A DNA stretch of 64,000 nt, taken from positions 2,977 to 66,976 of the forward strand of contig JBBTSM010000010.1 in NCBI GenBank assembly GCA_038064675.1, given 5' to 3'. The notes under the pieces are model-generated. The model was given only the letters and a program-made list of their open reading frames with translations, was not told the origin of the DNA and did not search any database. Every line of letters begins with the position of its first letter. The first letter of the stretch is position 1. The translations under genes were made by a program, and so were the position numbers. Shown here in pieces: positions 10,658-20,673 of the stretch. This stretch comes from Patescibacteria group bacterium. Its GTDB lineage: Bacteria; Patescibacteriota; Patescibacteriia; UBA9934.

Positions 10658-12166
10658 TTAAGCCGTGAACGTTGAAAGGAATTTCTTCAGTTCAGATTCG
10701 AGGCTTGCCTTTACGTCGCCAGAAACGTCGCGAGCTTCTACGATCGATTTCAGCACAGAAGCGCCGATCGATTCGAAGTAGCGCAAACATTCTTCTTCAA
10801 ACTTCTGCATCGCCGTTACTGGTAGCGCGTCGAGCATGCCGTTGTTTAGTGCGAAAATCACGATGGCTTGTTTTGCGAACGACATTGGCGAGTACTGCTT
10901 CTGCTTCATAAGCTCCATTGCGCGACGACCGCGTTCAATTTGCTTCTTGGTTGCTTCATCAAGATCAGATGCGAACTGCGCGAATGCTTCAAGCTCGCGG
11001 AACTGTGCGAGGTCGACCTTCAGTGTTTTTGCAACGTTCTTCATTGCCTTCGTCTGCGCCGACGATCCAACGCGTGAAACTGACAGACCAACGTTGAGCG
11101 CTGGGCGCTGACCGCGGTAGAAAAGATCGGACTCAAGGTAAATCTGTCCGTCGGTAATCGAAATAACGTTTGTTGGAATGTATGCGGAAACGTCGCCTCC
11201 CTGTGTTTCGATGATTGGAAGCGCCGTAATCGATCCCCCACCGTGCTCTTCGTTCAAGCGAGCAGAACGCTCGAGCAAACGGGAGTGCAAATAGAAAACG
11301 TCGCCAGGATATGCCTCGCGTCCTGGTGGACGGCGGAGCAACAAGGAAATTTCGCGATATGCCCAAGCGTGTTTGCTCAAATCATCGTACACGATAAGGA
11401 CATCTTCGCCCTTTGCCATGAAATATTCAGCAATCGCACAACCTGCGTATGGAGCGAGGTACTGCATCGCGGCAGGATCAGATGCGCCAGCAAGAACAAT
11501 CGTGGTGTAGTCCATTGCGCCAGCAGCCTCGAAACGCGCCATGATCTGCGCAACCTTCGACTCCTTCTGTCCGATGGCAACATAAATACACTTCACGTTC
11601 TCGCCCTTCTGGTTGAGAATCGTATCGATAGCGATAGCGGTCTTTCCCGTCTGACGGTCGCCAATGATGAGCTCTCGCTGACCACGGCCAACTGGAATAA
11701 GCGCATCGATTGCCTTGATACCCGTGTGCATTGGAACGGAAACGGACTTACGCGTCATGACGCCTGGAGCAACCTTCTCCACTGGAGCAAGCGTCTTTGT
11801 TGAAAGTGCACCCTTGCCATCGAGCGCATTTCCCAATGGATCAAGAATACGGCCAACGGTCTCTTCGCCAACAGGGATGGAAAGAATACGACCAGTGCTT
11901 CGTGCGGTGTCGCCGGCTTTCACACCGGTTGCGTCGCCAAGAATAATGACACCGATCGTCTCTTCCTCAAGGTTGAGTGCAACACCAAAGACGCCGTTGC
12001 CGAAGTCGATCATCTCTTGGCTCATCGCGTTACCGAGGCCGGACAAGCGTGCGACGCCGTCGGACACGCTCATGACGGTTCCCACACGCTCTTCGTGCGC
12101 TTCCACTTTAAACTCGTCGATGCGTTCTCGGAGGACTGCGATGATGTCTGCTTTTTTGGTTGCCAT
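10658..12166 (-). CDS. atpA: ATP synthase F1 alpha subunit
   Basis: [31 protein letters not shown]. Confidence 0.99.
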   Translation of the reverse strand: MATKKADIIAVLRERIDEFKVEAHEERVGTVMSVSDGVARLSGLGNAMSQEMIDFGNGVFGVALNLEEETIGVIILGDATGVKAGDTARSTGRILSIPVGEETVGRILDPLGNALDGKGALSTKTLAPVEKVAPGVMTRKSVSVPMHTGIKAIDALIPVGRGQRELIIGDRQTGKTAIAIDTILNQKGENVKCIYVAIGQKESKVAQIMARFEAAGAMDYTTIVLAGASDPAAMQYLAPYAGCAIAEYFMAKGEDVLIVYDDLSKHAWAYREISLLLRRPPGREAYPGDVFYLHSRLLERSARLNEEHGGGSITALPIIETQGGDVSAYIPTNVISITDGQIYLESDLFYRGQRPALNVGLSVSRVGSSAQTKAMKNVAKTLKVDLAQFRELEAFAQFASDLDEATKKQIERGRRAMELMKQKQYSPMSFAKQAIVIFALNNGMLDALPVTAMQKFEEECLRYFESIGASVLKSIVEARDVSGDVKASLESELKKFLSTFTA

Positions 12167-12176
12167 AGATTTGGGT

Positions 12177-12572
12177 TCAAGATGCTGCGCTATCAAGGGA
12201 CTGTTTCAGTCGCTGAAGGATTCCTGCCACGCTTGCGTCGATTCGCCGGTCGTCGATGCGGATTACTGCACCGCCCATCAATCGTTCATCGATACGTTCC
12301 GTGATGTCTGCGCCAGGAGCATTGGCCTCGATCGCTTTTCGCATTGCTACCGTGAGCGGATGTGCAGAAACGATCGTGACGTTTGCTGCGCCAAACTTTC
12401 GCTTCCAGGCACCGTGAATTTCTCGTTCAACGTCGCGCCATTTGTGCATCATGCCCCGTGCGGCAAGCTCGCCTACAAACGCGTCGATAATTTTCACCAA
12501 CTCTGCGCGAGTGACATCGACGCATTCGTCGACGAGCACCGTGGCAAGATGGCGTGGAGTAAGCTTTGGCAT
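12177..12572 (-). CDS. atpH: ATP synthase delta subunit (short form)
   Basis: [28 protein letters not shown]; operon position. Confidence 0.92.
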   Translation of the reverse strand: MPKLTPRHLATVLVDECVDVTRAELVKIIDAFVGELAARGMMHKWRDVEREIHGAWKRKFGAANVTIVSAHPLTVAMRKAIEANAPGADITERIDERLMGGAVIRIDDRRIDASVAGILQRLKQSLDSAAS

Positions 12573-12573
12573 A

Positions 12574-13125
12574 TTACGTCATCTTTCGCACAACTTCCTC
12601 AGCAAGTGATTGCGACTTCTTTTCCGTGAGGCCTTCGGTAACAATCTTTGCTGCAGCACGCACCGCGATGTCGACGACATCTTTGCGCAACGCCATTAAC
12701 GATGCTTCGCGTTCTGCCGCGAGCTGTTCTTTGCCTTTTGCGATGACACGTTCCACTTCCCGCTTCGCTGCCTCCAACATTTCGTTCTTGCGTGCATCGG
12801 TTTCTTTCATTGCACCTTCGATGATCGCTTGTGATTCCTTGTGAACCGCAACGAGCATTGCGTCGCGCTCGGCTTCAGATGCCTTCATACGCGCGGTAAT
12901 CTCTTCCACATCCTTCATGCTCTTTGCAATTGCCGCCTCACGCTTGTCGAGAATCGCAAGGATCGGCTTGTAGACAAAGCGCCACAGGACGACAAGAACC
13001 AGCAAGAAGTTGACGAGCTGCGCCGCGAATAAATCGCCGCGAATGCCGAACGTGCCAAGAACGCCAGTTGGCGCCTCAACCTGTTCGGATGCTGTTGCTG
13101 TCGTTGTTTCGTTTTCTGTTGCCAT
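12574..13125 (-). CDS. atpF: ATP synthase Fo subunit b
   Basis: AQLVNFLLVLVVLWRFVYKPI followed by a coiled coil. Confidence 0.96.
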   Translation of the reverse strand: MATENETTTATASEQVEAPTGVLGTFGIRGDLFAAQLVNFLLVLVVLWRFVYKPILAILDKREAAIAKSMKDVEEITARMKASEAERDAMLVAVHKESQAIIEGAMKETDARKNEMLEAAKREVERVIAKGKEQLAAEREASLMALRKDVVDIAVRAAAKIVTEGLTEKKSQSLAEEVVRKMT

Positions 13126-13210
13126 AGAAGTTCATCAAATCGATCTCATGACTTGCAGAGGATTGAAGAATCAAATCCCCCGACAAGTAACGATATCTGA
13201 ATAGGACCTA

Positions 13211-13330
13211 AACTTTTGATTTTGGATGCAGTTTTGGTGTGCGACGAAGGCGGGAGCGTCAAGGCGTACGTAATTGTACGCCTTCGATCACGCCGAGGAA
13301 GCAAGCCAAAAATGCGCCAAAAGCGGAAGT

Positions 13331-13331
<1 letters not shown>
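13211..13331. repeat. long imperfect palindrome between atpE and atpF
   Basis: Core AAGGCGTAC-gtaatt-GTACGCCTT with outer arms TTTTGG.../...CCAAAA. Confidence 0.75.
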
Positions 13332-13564
<233 letters not shown>

Positions 13565-13565
13565 T

Positions 13566-13690
13566 TAGGACTTTCTCATTTGAGCCTAGTTTCGACGAAG
13601 ATCGAGGAAAGCTTCTGAGGCGTACTTCTTGGTACGGTGAAGAAGTTTCCGATGATCTGAGTTGAAAATAGGCCAAAGGAGGAAGTCCTA
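13566..13690. repeat. long imperfect palindrome between atpB and atpE
   Basis: TAGGACTT...AAGTCCTA termini; core CGTAC-ttcttg-GTACG; shares CGACGAAG and AGGCGTAC with 13211-13331. Confidence 0.8.
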
Positions 13691-13756
13691 TGAATCATGA
13701 ATGAAGGTTGTTCGACGATCGAAATCGCCAAACGACATTCTCCCACGATGACGAGA

Positions 13757-14599
13757 TTATGCATGATGATCATCATGTCCGCCATGTGGTGTGGTGGCGA
13801 TGACGAGATACACCAACGTAAGCATTGCGAACACCGTGGCCTGAACAACGCCAACGAGAATCTCGAGGAACATGAAAGGAATCGGTACCACGTACGATAC
13901 CAAACCAAGCATGACGGTCATGAGAATTTCGCCCGCGAACACATTTCCGAACAATCGGAGGGAAAGTGAAAGGGTCTTTGCGAATTCACCGATGATTTCA
14001 ATGAATCCAACACCGAACTCGATGACCGCAGTAATAAATGCCATTGGGCCGTGTTTGATCGACTTGAAAATGCCTTTGACGTTCACGAACTTGCTGAAGT
14101 AGTCGATGAACCCGACGGCACGAACACCGGCAAAGTGCGAGAACAACACTGCGGTGACCGCAATGGCAAGTGTGAAGTTTAAGTCGCTTCCTGCCGAGCG
14201 AAGCAACGGAATGAGTTCAGTTTCTCCATGGACGAGTTCATAGAAACCGACGGTTCCTGTTCCTGGAAGCAATCCGAGCCAGTTGTTTGCAAGAACGACA
14301 AAGAAAATCGTTGCGATTAATGGAAAGAACTGGCGTGCAAGTTTACGTGTGCCGGCGATCTTTTCGATCTCCGTGGAAATGATTTCGACAATGGATTCAA
14401 TCACGTTGTGCACGCCGCGAGGAACCAGGCCCTGTCGACGTGTTGCAACAAACGCAACCACCACAAAAAAAACTGTCACAATCCATGCATTCACCATGGT
14501 ATTGGTGACTGGAAATGCGCCAATATGGGCGATTGGTTCCGCAGCAAGCGGAACAAGCGCGAAACTAAGGGGCGATGAGTTTTTGATACTCTTTTGCAT
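13757..14599 (-). CDS. atpB: ATP synthase Fo subunit a
   Basis: NNWLGLLPG, SLSLRLFGNVFAGE, VQATVFAML. Start uncertain. Confidence 0.97.
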   Translation of the reverse strand: MQKSIKNSSPLSFALVPLAAEPIAHIGAFPVTNTMVNAWIVTVFFVVVAFVATRRQGLVPRGVHNVIESIVEIISTEIEKIAGTRKLARQFFPLIATIFFVVLANNWLGLLPGTGTVGFYELVHGETELIPLLRSAGSDLNFTLAIAVTAVLFSHFAGVRAVGFIDYFSKFVNVKGIFKSIKHGPMAFITAVIEFGVGFIEIIGEFAKTLSLSLRLFGNVFAGEILMTVMLGLVSYVVPIPFMFLEILVGVVQATVFAMLTLVYLVIATTPHGGHDDHHA

Positions 14600-14804
14600 A
14601 CTGCCGAACTTTTTTCACAAGAATGAACGCGGTGCCCAGGAATGTCAGCGTGAGCAGCACCACGAACAGGACTCGGCCCGTGCCATAGCGAGCATCCAAG
14701 AACTTTCCCGCAATCGCCGCAACGAATGCTGGCACAAGGATTGTTCCCGTAATGTCTGCCATCGCCCTCAATGCAAACCGCATCGATGACCGAAAATCGT
14801 CCAT
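14565..14804 (-). CDS. AtpZ/AtpI-family membrane protein
   Basis: Two TM segments with GKFLDARYGT; first gene of the atp operon. Confidence 0.85.
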   Translation of the reverse strand: MDDFRSSMRFALRAMADITGTILVPAFVAAIAGKFLDARYGTGRVLFVVLLTLTFLGTAFILVKKVRQYAKEYQKLIAP

Positions 14805-14874
14805 AAAGCGGCGTGAGTATACCGTACAAAAAGAACAATTGGAAGTTTGCTGTTGGGGAAAGAACACACAATGG

Positions 14875-15735
14875 CTAAGGTAAGCGAAAAAGTGTTCGAG
14901 CATTCGCCGATGTTACTTTCGCGACCTCCGAGAGCACGATCCCCTTTAAGTCCGCGATGGCCTGGGCAATGAGAGCGACGTTCGCCGGTTCGTTTCGCTT
15001 CCCTCTTAGGGGTACAGGGGAGAGATACGGACAGTCGGTTTCGATCATCATTTGCGCTAATGGGATCTCTTTCACCGCGGAGGCTACGGATTTTCCAAAC
15101 GTCACGATGCCGGTGATTGAGATCAAAAATCCAAGATCGGCATACTTTGCCGCGTCGTCGATCGTGCCAGTAAAACAGTGAATCACTCCCCTGCGCTCGA
15201 TTCCTCCACGCGCAATCTCCTCGACGATGAGAGAGCGCATATCGTCATGAGCGCCAGTGACATCGGCCGTTGTTCCACCGCGACAATGAATCACAACAGG
15301 CTTGTGGTGTTTGGTTGCGAACTGAAGCTGTTGACGTGCAACGTTGCGCTGATCGTTTTTAAATACTTCAATGTCCATCCCTTCTGGAATGCGGGAGTAG
15401 TCGAGACCGAACTCGCCGATCGCGACAACTTTTGGATGACGAACGAGTGATTCGTAGCGCTCGGAATCGAATTCCTTCTCTGGCGTCGGCTTACTGAGCG
15501 TCTCCTCATTCTCGTCCACGAAGTTATGGTCGTGCACGTGGCCTGGATGCAATCCAATCGTGCACCACACACCATCGTGTTGTTCGGCAAAATCGATTCC
15601 CGATGCGCTCGTCGCGAATTTTGTTCCAACCGTAATTAACGAGATCCCGTTGTCGCGAGCACGTTGCAATACTTCGGCACCATCGGCGCTAAAGGCTGGG
15701 AAATGGAGATGAGCGTGGGAGTCGATGAGTTCCAT
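14875..15735 (-). CDS. tatD: TatD-family DNase
   Basis: IDSHAHL, GLHP, AIGEFGLDY, VIHC, HCFTG, ETDCPYLSP. Confidence 0.96.
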   Translation of the reverse strand: MELIDSHAHLHFPAFSADGAEVLQRARDNGISLITVGTKFATSASGIDFAEQHDGVWCTIGLHPGHVHDHNFVDENEETLSKPTPEKEFDSERYESLVRHPKVVAIGEFGLDYSRIPEGMDIEVFKNDQRNVARQQLQFATKHHKPVVIHCRGGTTADVTGAHDDMRSLIVEEIARGGIERRGVIHCFTGTIDDAAKYADLGFLISITGIVTFGKSVASAVKEIPLAQMMIETDCPYLSPVPLRGKRNEPANVALIAQAIADLKGIVLSEVAKVTSANARTLFRLP

Positions 15736-15807
15736 AGTAGGAGATGAGCGATCGGGATTACCCTTGAGCGAGCGCTGCGCGCGAGCGAATTGAGCGAGTG
15801 AGGTGAC

Positions 15808-15977
15808 ATCGTGAGCGCTAGTGGCGAGGGTACATTCTTCCAACGAGCACGCGCCCCACAGCTGCAGTCGAACGAAGTGAGACTCTGCAGCGTAGGGGAT
15901 TCGCGCGGAGTGCAGAAGAATGTATCCAAGCCACCAGCTCACGATAGTCATTGGATCCCCGCCTGCGCGGGGATGAC
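15808..15977 (-). repeat. composite structured repeat, copy 2
   Basis: Same REP plus hairpin as 8210-8381, in inverted orientation. Confidence 0.9.
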
Positions 15978-15999
15978 TGAAGAAGTCCACGATCTACAT

Positions 16000-16473
16000 T
16001 TACAGAAGTCCGGCGTTGCTTTCGATATCTACTGCGCGGCTGACGGCAGTTGATGAGAGGAGTGATGTTCGAACGTCTCCGATCGGAACGAGCGTGACGG
16101 CAACATAGGCGAGAACAAGAATCGCAACTGCGGATTGCAGTACGCCGAATGCGGCGCCAAGAACGTTGTTGATGAAATTCACGAATGGAATGATTGCGAT
16201 GATTTTGCGAACAAGATCAAGCGCGTCAACGATGTATTGTGCAAGACGACTTGCGATCAGCGAGAAGACGAGGAACGCGCCAATGGTAATCCACGGATGC
16301 TCGGCGAAGGTAAGGCCAAACGAGTCGTGCAACCAGCCCATTGCGTAGAACGACGCAACGACGCTTGCGATAAGCGCGAGCAAGCTTCCAAACGATCGCA
16401 CAAACCCGCTTTGCCACCCGGCGAGCGCCATGACGATAACGAAAACGAGGATGAGAATATCAACGATGCCCAT
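16000..16473 (-). CDS. cvpA: CvpA-family membrane protein
   Basis: VDILIL...GWQSGFVRS, NNVLGAAFG. Confidence 0.88.
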   Translation of the reverse strand: MGIVDILILVFVIVMALAGWQSGFVRSFGSLLALIASVVASFYAMGWLHDSFGLTFAEHPWITIGAFLVFSLIASRLAQYIVDALDLVRKIIAIIPFVNFINNVLGAAFGVLQSAVAILVLAYVAVTLVPIGDVRTSLLSSTAVSRAVDIESNAGLL

Positions 16474-16474
16474 A

Positions 16475-18037
16475 TTATCGATCTCTTCGAGGGAACAACG
16501 GTTCCCCAGCCACAAGAATATCACTTTCGTACCTACGAAGGATTTCCGCAGCTGTCGCTGGTATTACTGGTTCGAGTGCCGTTCCGATCCAACGGATCAT
16601 CGCAGCGAGTTCGGACAACGACTTCTTCGCAGCAGCAGGATCGACCTTCACGAGCTTAAATGGCTCCTCTGTTCCGATTTTCACATTCGCGATATCGACC
16701 ACGCGCCAGACGATGTCTACATATAATCGGAAATCGTACCGCGCGATCGCCCTTTCAAGAAGCGCATCGAATCCCGTGTCTTCTCCCACAAAGGTTTCGG
16801 CGGTAACATCTGTCTTATCGCCAAACATTCCAGCGATATCGTTCACGATTCCGGAAAATAATTCACCGATCTGCGTACGCTCTTCCGCTGTCGTTCCATG
16901 GCGCGCCTTGAAATCAACACGATCGATTCCCTCGGGGAAACTCTTTGCACACATTGCCGCAACACGGCTGACGAGGTTACCAAGGCCGTTCGCGAGTTTC
17001 GTGGCAAACAAGATTTCGAATTGCTCCTTGGAGTAATCACCATCTTGCCACGATGGCATTCCGCCAAGAAGATAAAGACGAGTCGCATCGGTTCCGTATT
17101 CTGCAACAAGATCGTACGGATTGATGACGTTGCCGATGGACTTACTCATCTTCTGTCCATCCGCAGTCACGTAGCCGTGAATGAACACCTGTTTCGACGG
17201 TTCAATGCCAACAGACATCAACATCGCTTGCCACATCGCAGTTTGCTGACGAAGGTTGTCCTTCCCCGCCACCTGCACACTTGGCCAAGCAGAATCGAAC
17301 AGCGATCCTTCCTTCGGCCAACCGAGAGTAGAGATGTAGTTTACGAGCGCGTCGAACCATACGTACATCACCTGAGTCTCATCGCCAGGTACGGAAACGC
17401 CCCATGGCATCTTCGTCTTCAATCGCGAGATACTGAAGTCGTTCAAACCACCTTCGACGAAAGTTCGAATCTCGTTCATGCGTGCCGACGGCATCACAAA
17501 ATCTGGACGATCGCGATATAGATCGAGAAGCCTTTGCTGGTACTTGGAGAATGCGAAGAAGTAGTTCTCTTCCTCGATAAGATCGAGATCGCGATTCGGA
17601 TGAATTGGACAACGTCCCTCGACGAGCTCGGAATCGGTCTTTTCCAGCTCGCAACCCACACAATACTTCACTGAGTATTGCTTCTTGTAGATATCGCCGT
17701 TTGCATTGCATCGCGTCCAAAATTCTTGCGCAGCAGCAATGTGATATTCATCCGTGGTGCGAACAAAATGCGTGTAGCTCAAATTCAATGTCGACTTCAA
17801 CCCGTCAAACTTCGCGGCGTATTCGTCGCAATACGCCTTCGGATCGATCCCAGCTTCAATCGCCTTCTGATAGATTTTCTGACCATGCTCATCGGTTCCG
17901 GTATTGAACACCACATCGAATCCTTTCGATCGATAATATCGAGCGAGCATGTCAGCCTGAACAATCTCCAACGCAAATCCAATATGCGGATCAGCGTTTA
18001 CGTACGGAAGTGTTGTAGTGATGGAATAGGTCGGCAT
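16475..18037 (-). CDS. metG: methionyl-tRNA synthetase
   Basis: PYVNADPHIGF, GTDEHGQKI, YVWFDAL, KMSKS. Confidence 0.98.
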   Translation of the reverse strand: MPTYSITTTLPYVNADPHIGFALEIVQADMLARYYRSKGFDVVFNTGTDEHGQKIYQKAIEAGIDPKAYCDEYAAKFDGLKSTLNLSYTHFVRTTDEYHIAAAQEFWTRCNANGDIYKKQYSVKYCVGCELEKTDSELVEGRCPIHPNRDLDLIEEENYFFAFSKYQQRLLDLYRDRPDFVMPSARMNEIRTFVEGGLNDFSISRLKTKMPWGVSVPGDETQVMYVWFDALVNYISTLGWPKEGSLFDSAWPSVQVAGKDNLRQQTAMWQAMLMSVGIEPSKQVFIHGYVTADGQKMSKSIGNVINPYDLVAEYGTDATRLYLLGGMPSWQDGDYSKEQFEILFATKLANGLGNLVSRVAAMCAKSFPEGIDRVDFKARHGTTAEERTQIGELFSGIVNDIAGMFGDKTDVTAETFVGEDTGFDALLERAIARYDFRLYVDIVWRVVDIANVKIGTEEPFKLVKVDPAAAKKSLSELAAMIRWIGTALEPVIPATAAEILRRYESDILVAGEPLFPRRDR

Positions 18038-18042
18038 AGTGG

Positions 18043-18696
18043 TTATTCACGATCGACAACAATGACAAACTCCCCTCGCGTGCTCGTCTTCTCGAGATCG
18101 ATGAGAATCGATTCCGCGGTACCGCGGTATATTGTCTCATGAATCTTTGTCAGCTCGCGACAGACAATTAACTTTCGTTTTAGTCCCTTCATTGCCTCGA
18201 GCGTCTTTTCAATTCGATGCGTGGATTCGTACATCACTATCGCGTGATCAATCTCACCGAGCTCACGAAAGAACTTCTCGCGACCTTTCTTGTTCGGTGG
18301 AAAGCCGACGAAGGTGAATCGATCGAGCGCGATGCCAGCGATCGACAACGCAGCAATCGCCGCACTCGCGCCAGGAATCGGCGAAACCTTCACGCCAGCA
18401 GCAACCGCGTCGGCCACAAGGAATCCGCCAGGATCCGAAATACACGGCGTCCCAGCATCGGTAACGATCGCCATATCGATTCCCGAAACCAGCTGATCGA
18501 CGATCTTCTTCCGAGCGAGTTGGTCGGTATGTTCGTGGAACGCCATCAGCGTTGGCCTGACTTGAAGATGCGCCATCAGTTTGCTCGAGACGCGCGTGTC
18601 TTCGCACAGCACGATATCAACAGCCGCAAAAATTTCCTTTGCTCGTTCGGTAACATCGCCGAGATTCCCAATTGGTGTTGCGACGACGTACAACAT
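18043..18696 (-). CDS. rsmI: 16S rRNA C1402 2'-O-methyltransferase
   Basis: LYVVATPIGNLGD, CEDTR, DAGTPCISDPG, RELTKIHE. Confidence 0.97.
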   Translation of the reverse strand: MLYVVATPIGNLGDVTERAKEIFAAVDIVLCEDTRVSSKLMAHLQVRPTLMAFHEHTDQLARKKIVDQLVSGIDMAIVTDAGTPCISDPGGFLVADAVAAGVKVSPIPGASAAIAALSIAGIALDRFTFVGFPPNKKGREKFFRELGEIDHAIVMYESTHRIEKTLEAMKGLKRKLIVCRELTKIHETIYRGTAESILIDLEKTSTRGEFVIVVDRE

Positions 18697-18701
18697 AGCA
18701 A

Positions 18702-19862
18702 CTATTCGTTGGTTGCGACCGCCTTCCATGTTGGATGCATTGCCGCCATACAGAACCAGAATCCGCGAACCGTTGGAAGCTCAACAAGCGCGTGCGCTTC
18801 ATCGTTATTTTTCACGCTCCAACCGTCGGCATACCACACACCACCGGTTTCATTATCGGTTAAGCGCTTCTTAGCAAAGTCAAAAGAAAACGTGTGTACG
18901 TCGCCATTGTTTGACTGTGTCTTAAATACTCGCACCGTATCCGTCTCAAAATTGTAGATAGCGATAATTGGCACGTCGCCAAGTTCTGCGGTCATCATTC
19001 CGGTTCCGGAAAGTGCGAGCGCAGAGAATGCTGAACCATTCGTTCCGTCGGTAACGCCATACGTCACCCATTTCGATGTGAAGTCTGGGCTGGTGTGGTT
19101 GATTGGAAAATAGACACCCTTGCTTGTGTCGTAATTGCCATATGGATGACGAGTGTAGTCGCGAGTAATGCCAGTGTTTGTGGAAAGCACCAAGCCAGAT
19201 GGGTACAAATTCTTCCACACCTTCCACGTCATCATCTGAGAAGGAATAACGGAAAGCGTTCGTCCGATTGCCGTACCCTGAATCGACTGACCCGTTGCTT
19301 GCAACCACAGTGATCCTGTTTCAGCATCCTTCATGACAGTATTGTTGTTGTACACCTTTCCTGTTGCTTCGAATGTATGTGTTCCGACGGAAGGAAAATT
19401 ATCAAAACTCAAATCAATATCTCGATCGTACACAACGCCCGTTCCACATAGTGGGCAGTATGTGATGGCAATATTCTTGCCATCGATCGTATCGTTCACG
19501 ACTTCGTGCCAGTTCATGATTTGTACTGGATAGAACCGGCGTGTTCCCCCGAGATCAAGATCGATGCCAAGAAGATCGTCGGCAATCACGGCGTCGGATG
19601 CAAGAACGGAATCGTATTTTGGATTCGTGAGGGCTGGAATTCCTCCTTCAACAACTCCACTGTCGTAGAGTTGATCATTCGGAACGAGCGACGCAACACC
19701 GTCGCGAGTAACCGCCGATGCGTATACACCACCATCGAGCGATGGCCATGCGGCGCCGTTTGCTTTGTTCGATTGATACGTATTGTATGCCCATGTCAGC
19801 CCAGCAATCACGACAATCGCCCCCACGAACAGCCCAAGATTTTGCTTTTGTGTTTGCGTCAT
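18702..19862 (-). CDS. DUF3179-family membrane-anchored protein
   Basis: GGIPAL, WHEVVND, TYCPLCGTG, SLWLQATG. Confidence 0.85.
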   Translation of the reverse strand: MTQTQKQNLGLFVGAIVVIAGLTWAYNTYQSNKANGAAWPSLDGGVYASAVTRDGVASLVPNDQLYDSGVVEGGIPALTNPKYDSVLASDAVIADDLLGIDLDLGGTRRFYPVQIMNWHEVVNDTIDGKNIAITYCPLCGTGVVYDRDIDLSFDNFPSVGTHTFEATGKVYNNNTVMKDAETGSLWLQATGQSIQGTAIGRTLSVIPSQMMTWKVWKNLYPSGLVLSTNTGITRDYTRHPYGNYDTSKGVYFPINHTSPDFTSKWVTYGVTDGTNGSAFSALALSGTGMMTAELGDVPIIAIYNFETDTVRVFKTQSNNGDVHTFSFDFAKKRLTDNETGGVWYADGWSVKNNDEAHALVELPTVRGFWFCMAAMHPTWKAVATNE

Positions 19863-20105
19863 AGATAGGTAGTCCTTCCCCATTTTGTCCATTTTCGACT
19901 CACGTCATCAAAAATTTCCTCAATGTACCATGAAGTACACCTCGGAAATTTTTTCGACGTTCATCGAAACTGGTCTAAAATGAGAAAGTCCTCATAGGCA
20001 GAAGTGTAGCGGATAACCAGTTGATTGTAAAAGATATTCACGGTATCTTTGAGTCTGATCAGGCCACGAAATGTAAAAAAATTTATCTTCAAGTGTCGTA
20101 AAACT

Positions 20106-20630
20106 ATGATCGCTATTAACAAGCCAGCACCAAGCTTTGAAAACATTACGTCGTACACCGAGGGAGAGTTCACCAAAACCAGTTTGAGCACCTACAAAGG
20201 TGGTTGGGTGGTGCTGTTCTTCTACCCTCGCGACTTCACGTTCATCTGCCCTACTGAAATTAAAGGTTTCCAAAAGCACGAAGCAGACTTTGCTGCACTC
20301 AACGCAAAAGTCGTCGGCGCATCCACCGACAGTGAATGGAGTCACAAAGCATGGTTTGAACGCGATCTTCCAGAAGTGGCCTACCCTATTCTTGCGGACA
20401 CCACGCAAAAAGTTTCCCGCGACTACGGCGTATTAAATGAAGACGACGGCAGCAGCGATCGCGGACTCTTCATCATCGACCCAGAAGGCGTGGTGAAATT
20501 CGCACTTGTCTCCGCAGGATCGGTCGGCCGATCGGTAAAGGAAGTAATTCGTGTACTGACAGCTCTGCAGTCTGGCGAGCTTTGTCCGGTGGAATGGGAA
20601 CCTGGCGAGAAGACATTAGGAAAGGCGTAA
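20106..20630 (+). CDS. ahpC: 2-Cys peroxiredoxin
   Basis: FFYPRDFTFICPTEI, ELCPVEW. Confidence 0.96.
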   Translation: MIAINKPAPSFENITSYTEGEFTKTSLSTYKGGWVVLFFYPRDFTFICPTEIKGFQKHEADFAALNAKVVGASTDSEWSHKAWFERDLPEVAYPILADTTQKVSRDYGVLNEDDGSSDRGLFIIDPEGVVKFALVSAGSVGRSVKEVIRVLTALQSGELCPVEWEPGEKTLGKA

Positions 20631-20651
20631 ATTCTTCATCAAAAACAGTAG

Positions 20652-20672
20652 GTCAGAGCCGCGTGGCTCTGA
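20652..20672. terminator. hairpin after ahpC
   Basis: GTCAGAGCC-gcgt-GGCTCTGAC; near-identical copy at about 22797-22821. Confidence 0.7.
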
Positions 20673-20673
20673 C

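Noticed and set aside
11715-12629. Long antisense ORFs (also 26424-27326, 18217-18957, 47058-47813)
   Set aside because: Shadows of well-supported genes on the opposite strand.
15736-15990. N-terminal extensions of TatD (and of AtpC at 8182-8214)
   Set aside because: Stop-free read-through of intergenic repeat sequence; the conserved starts are at 15735 and 8181.
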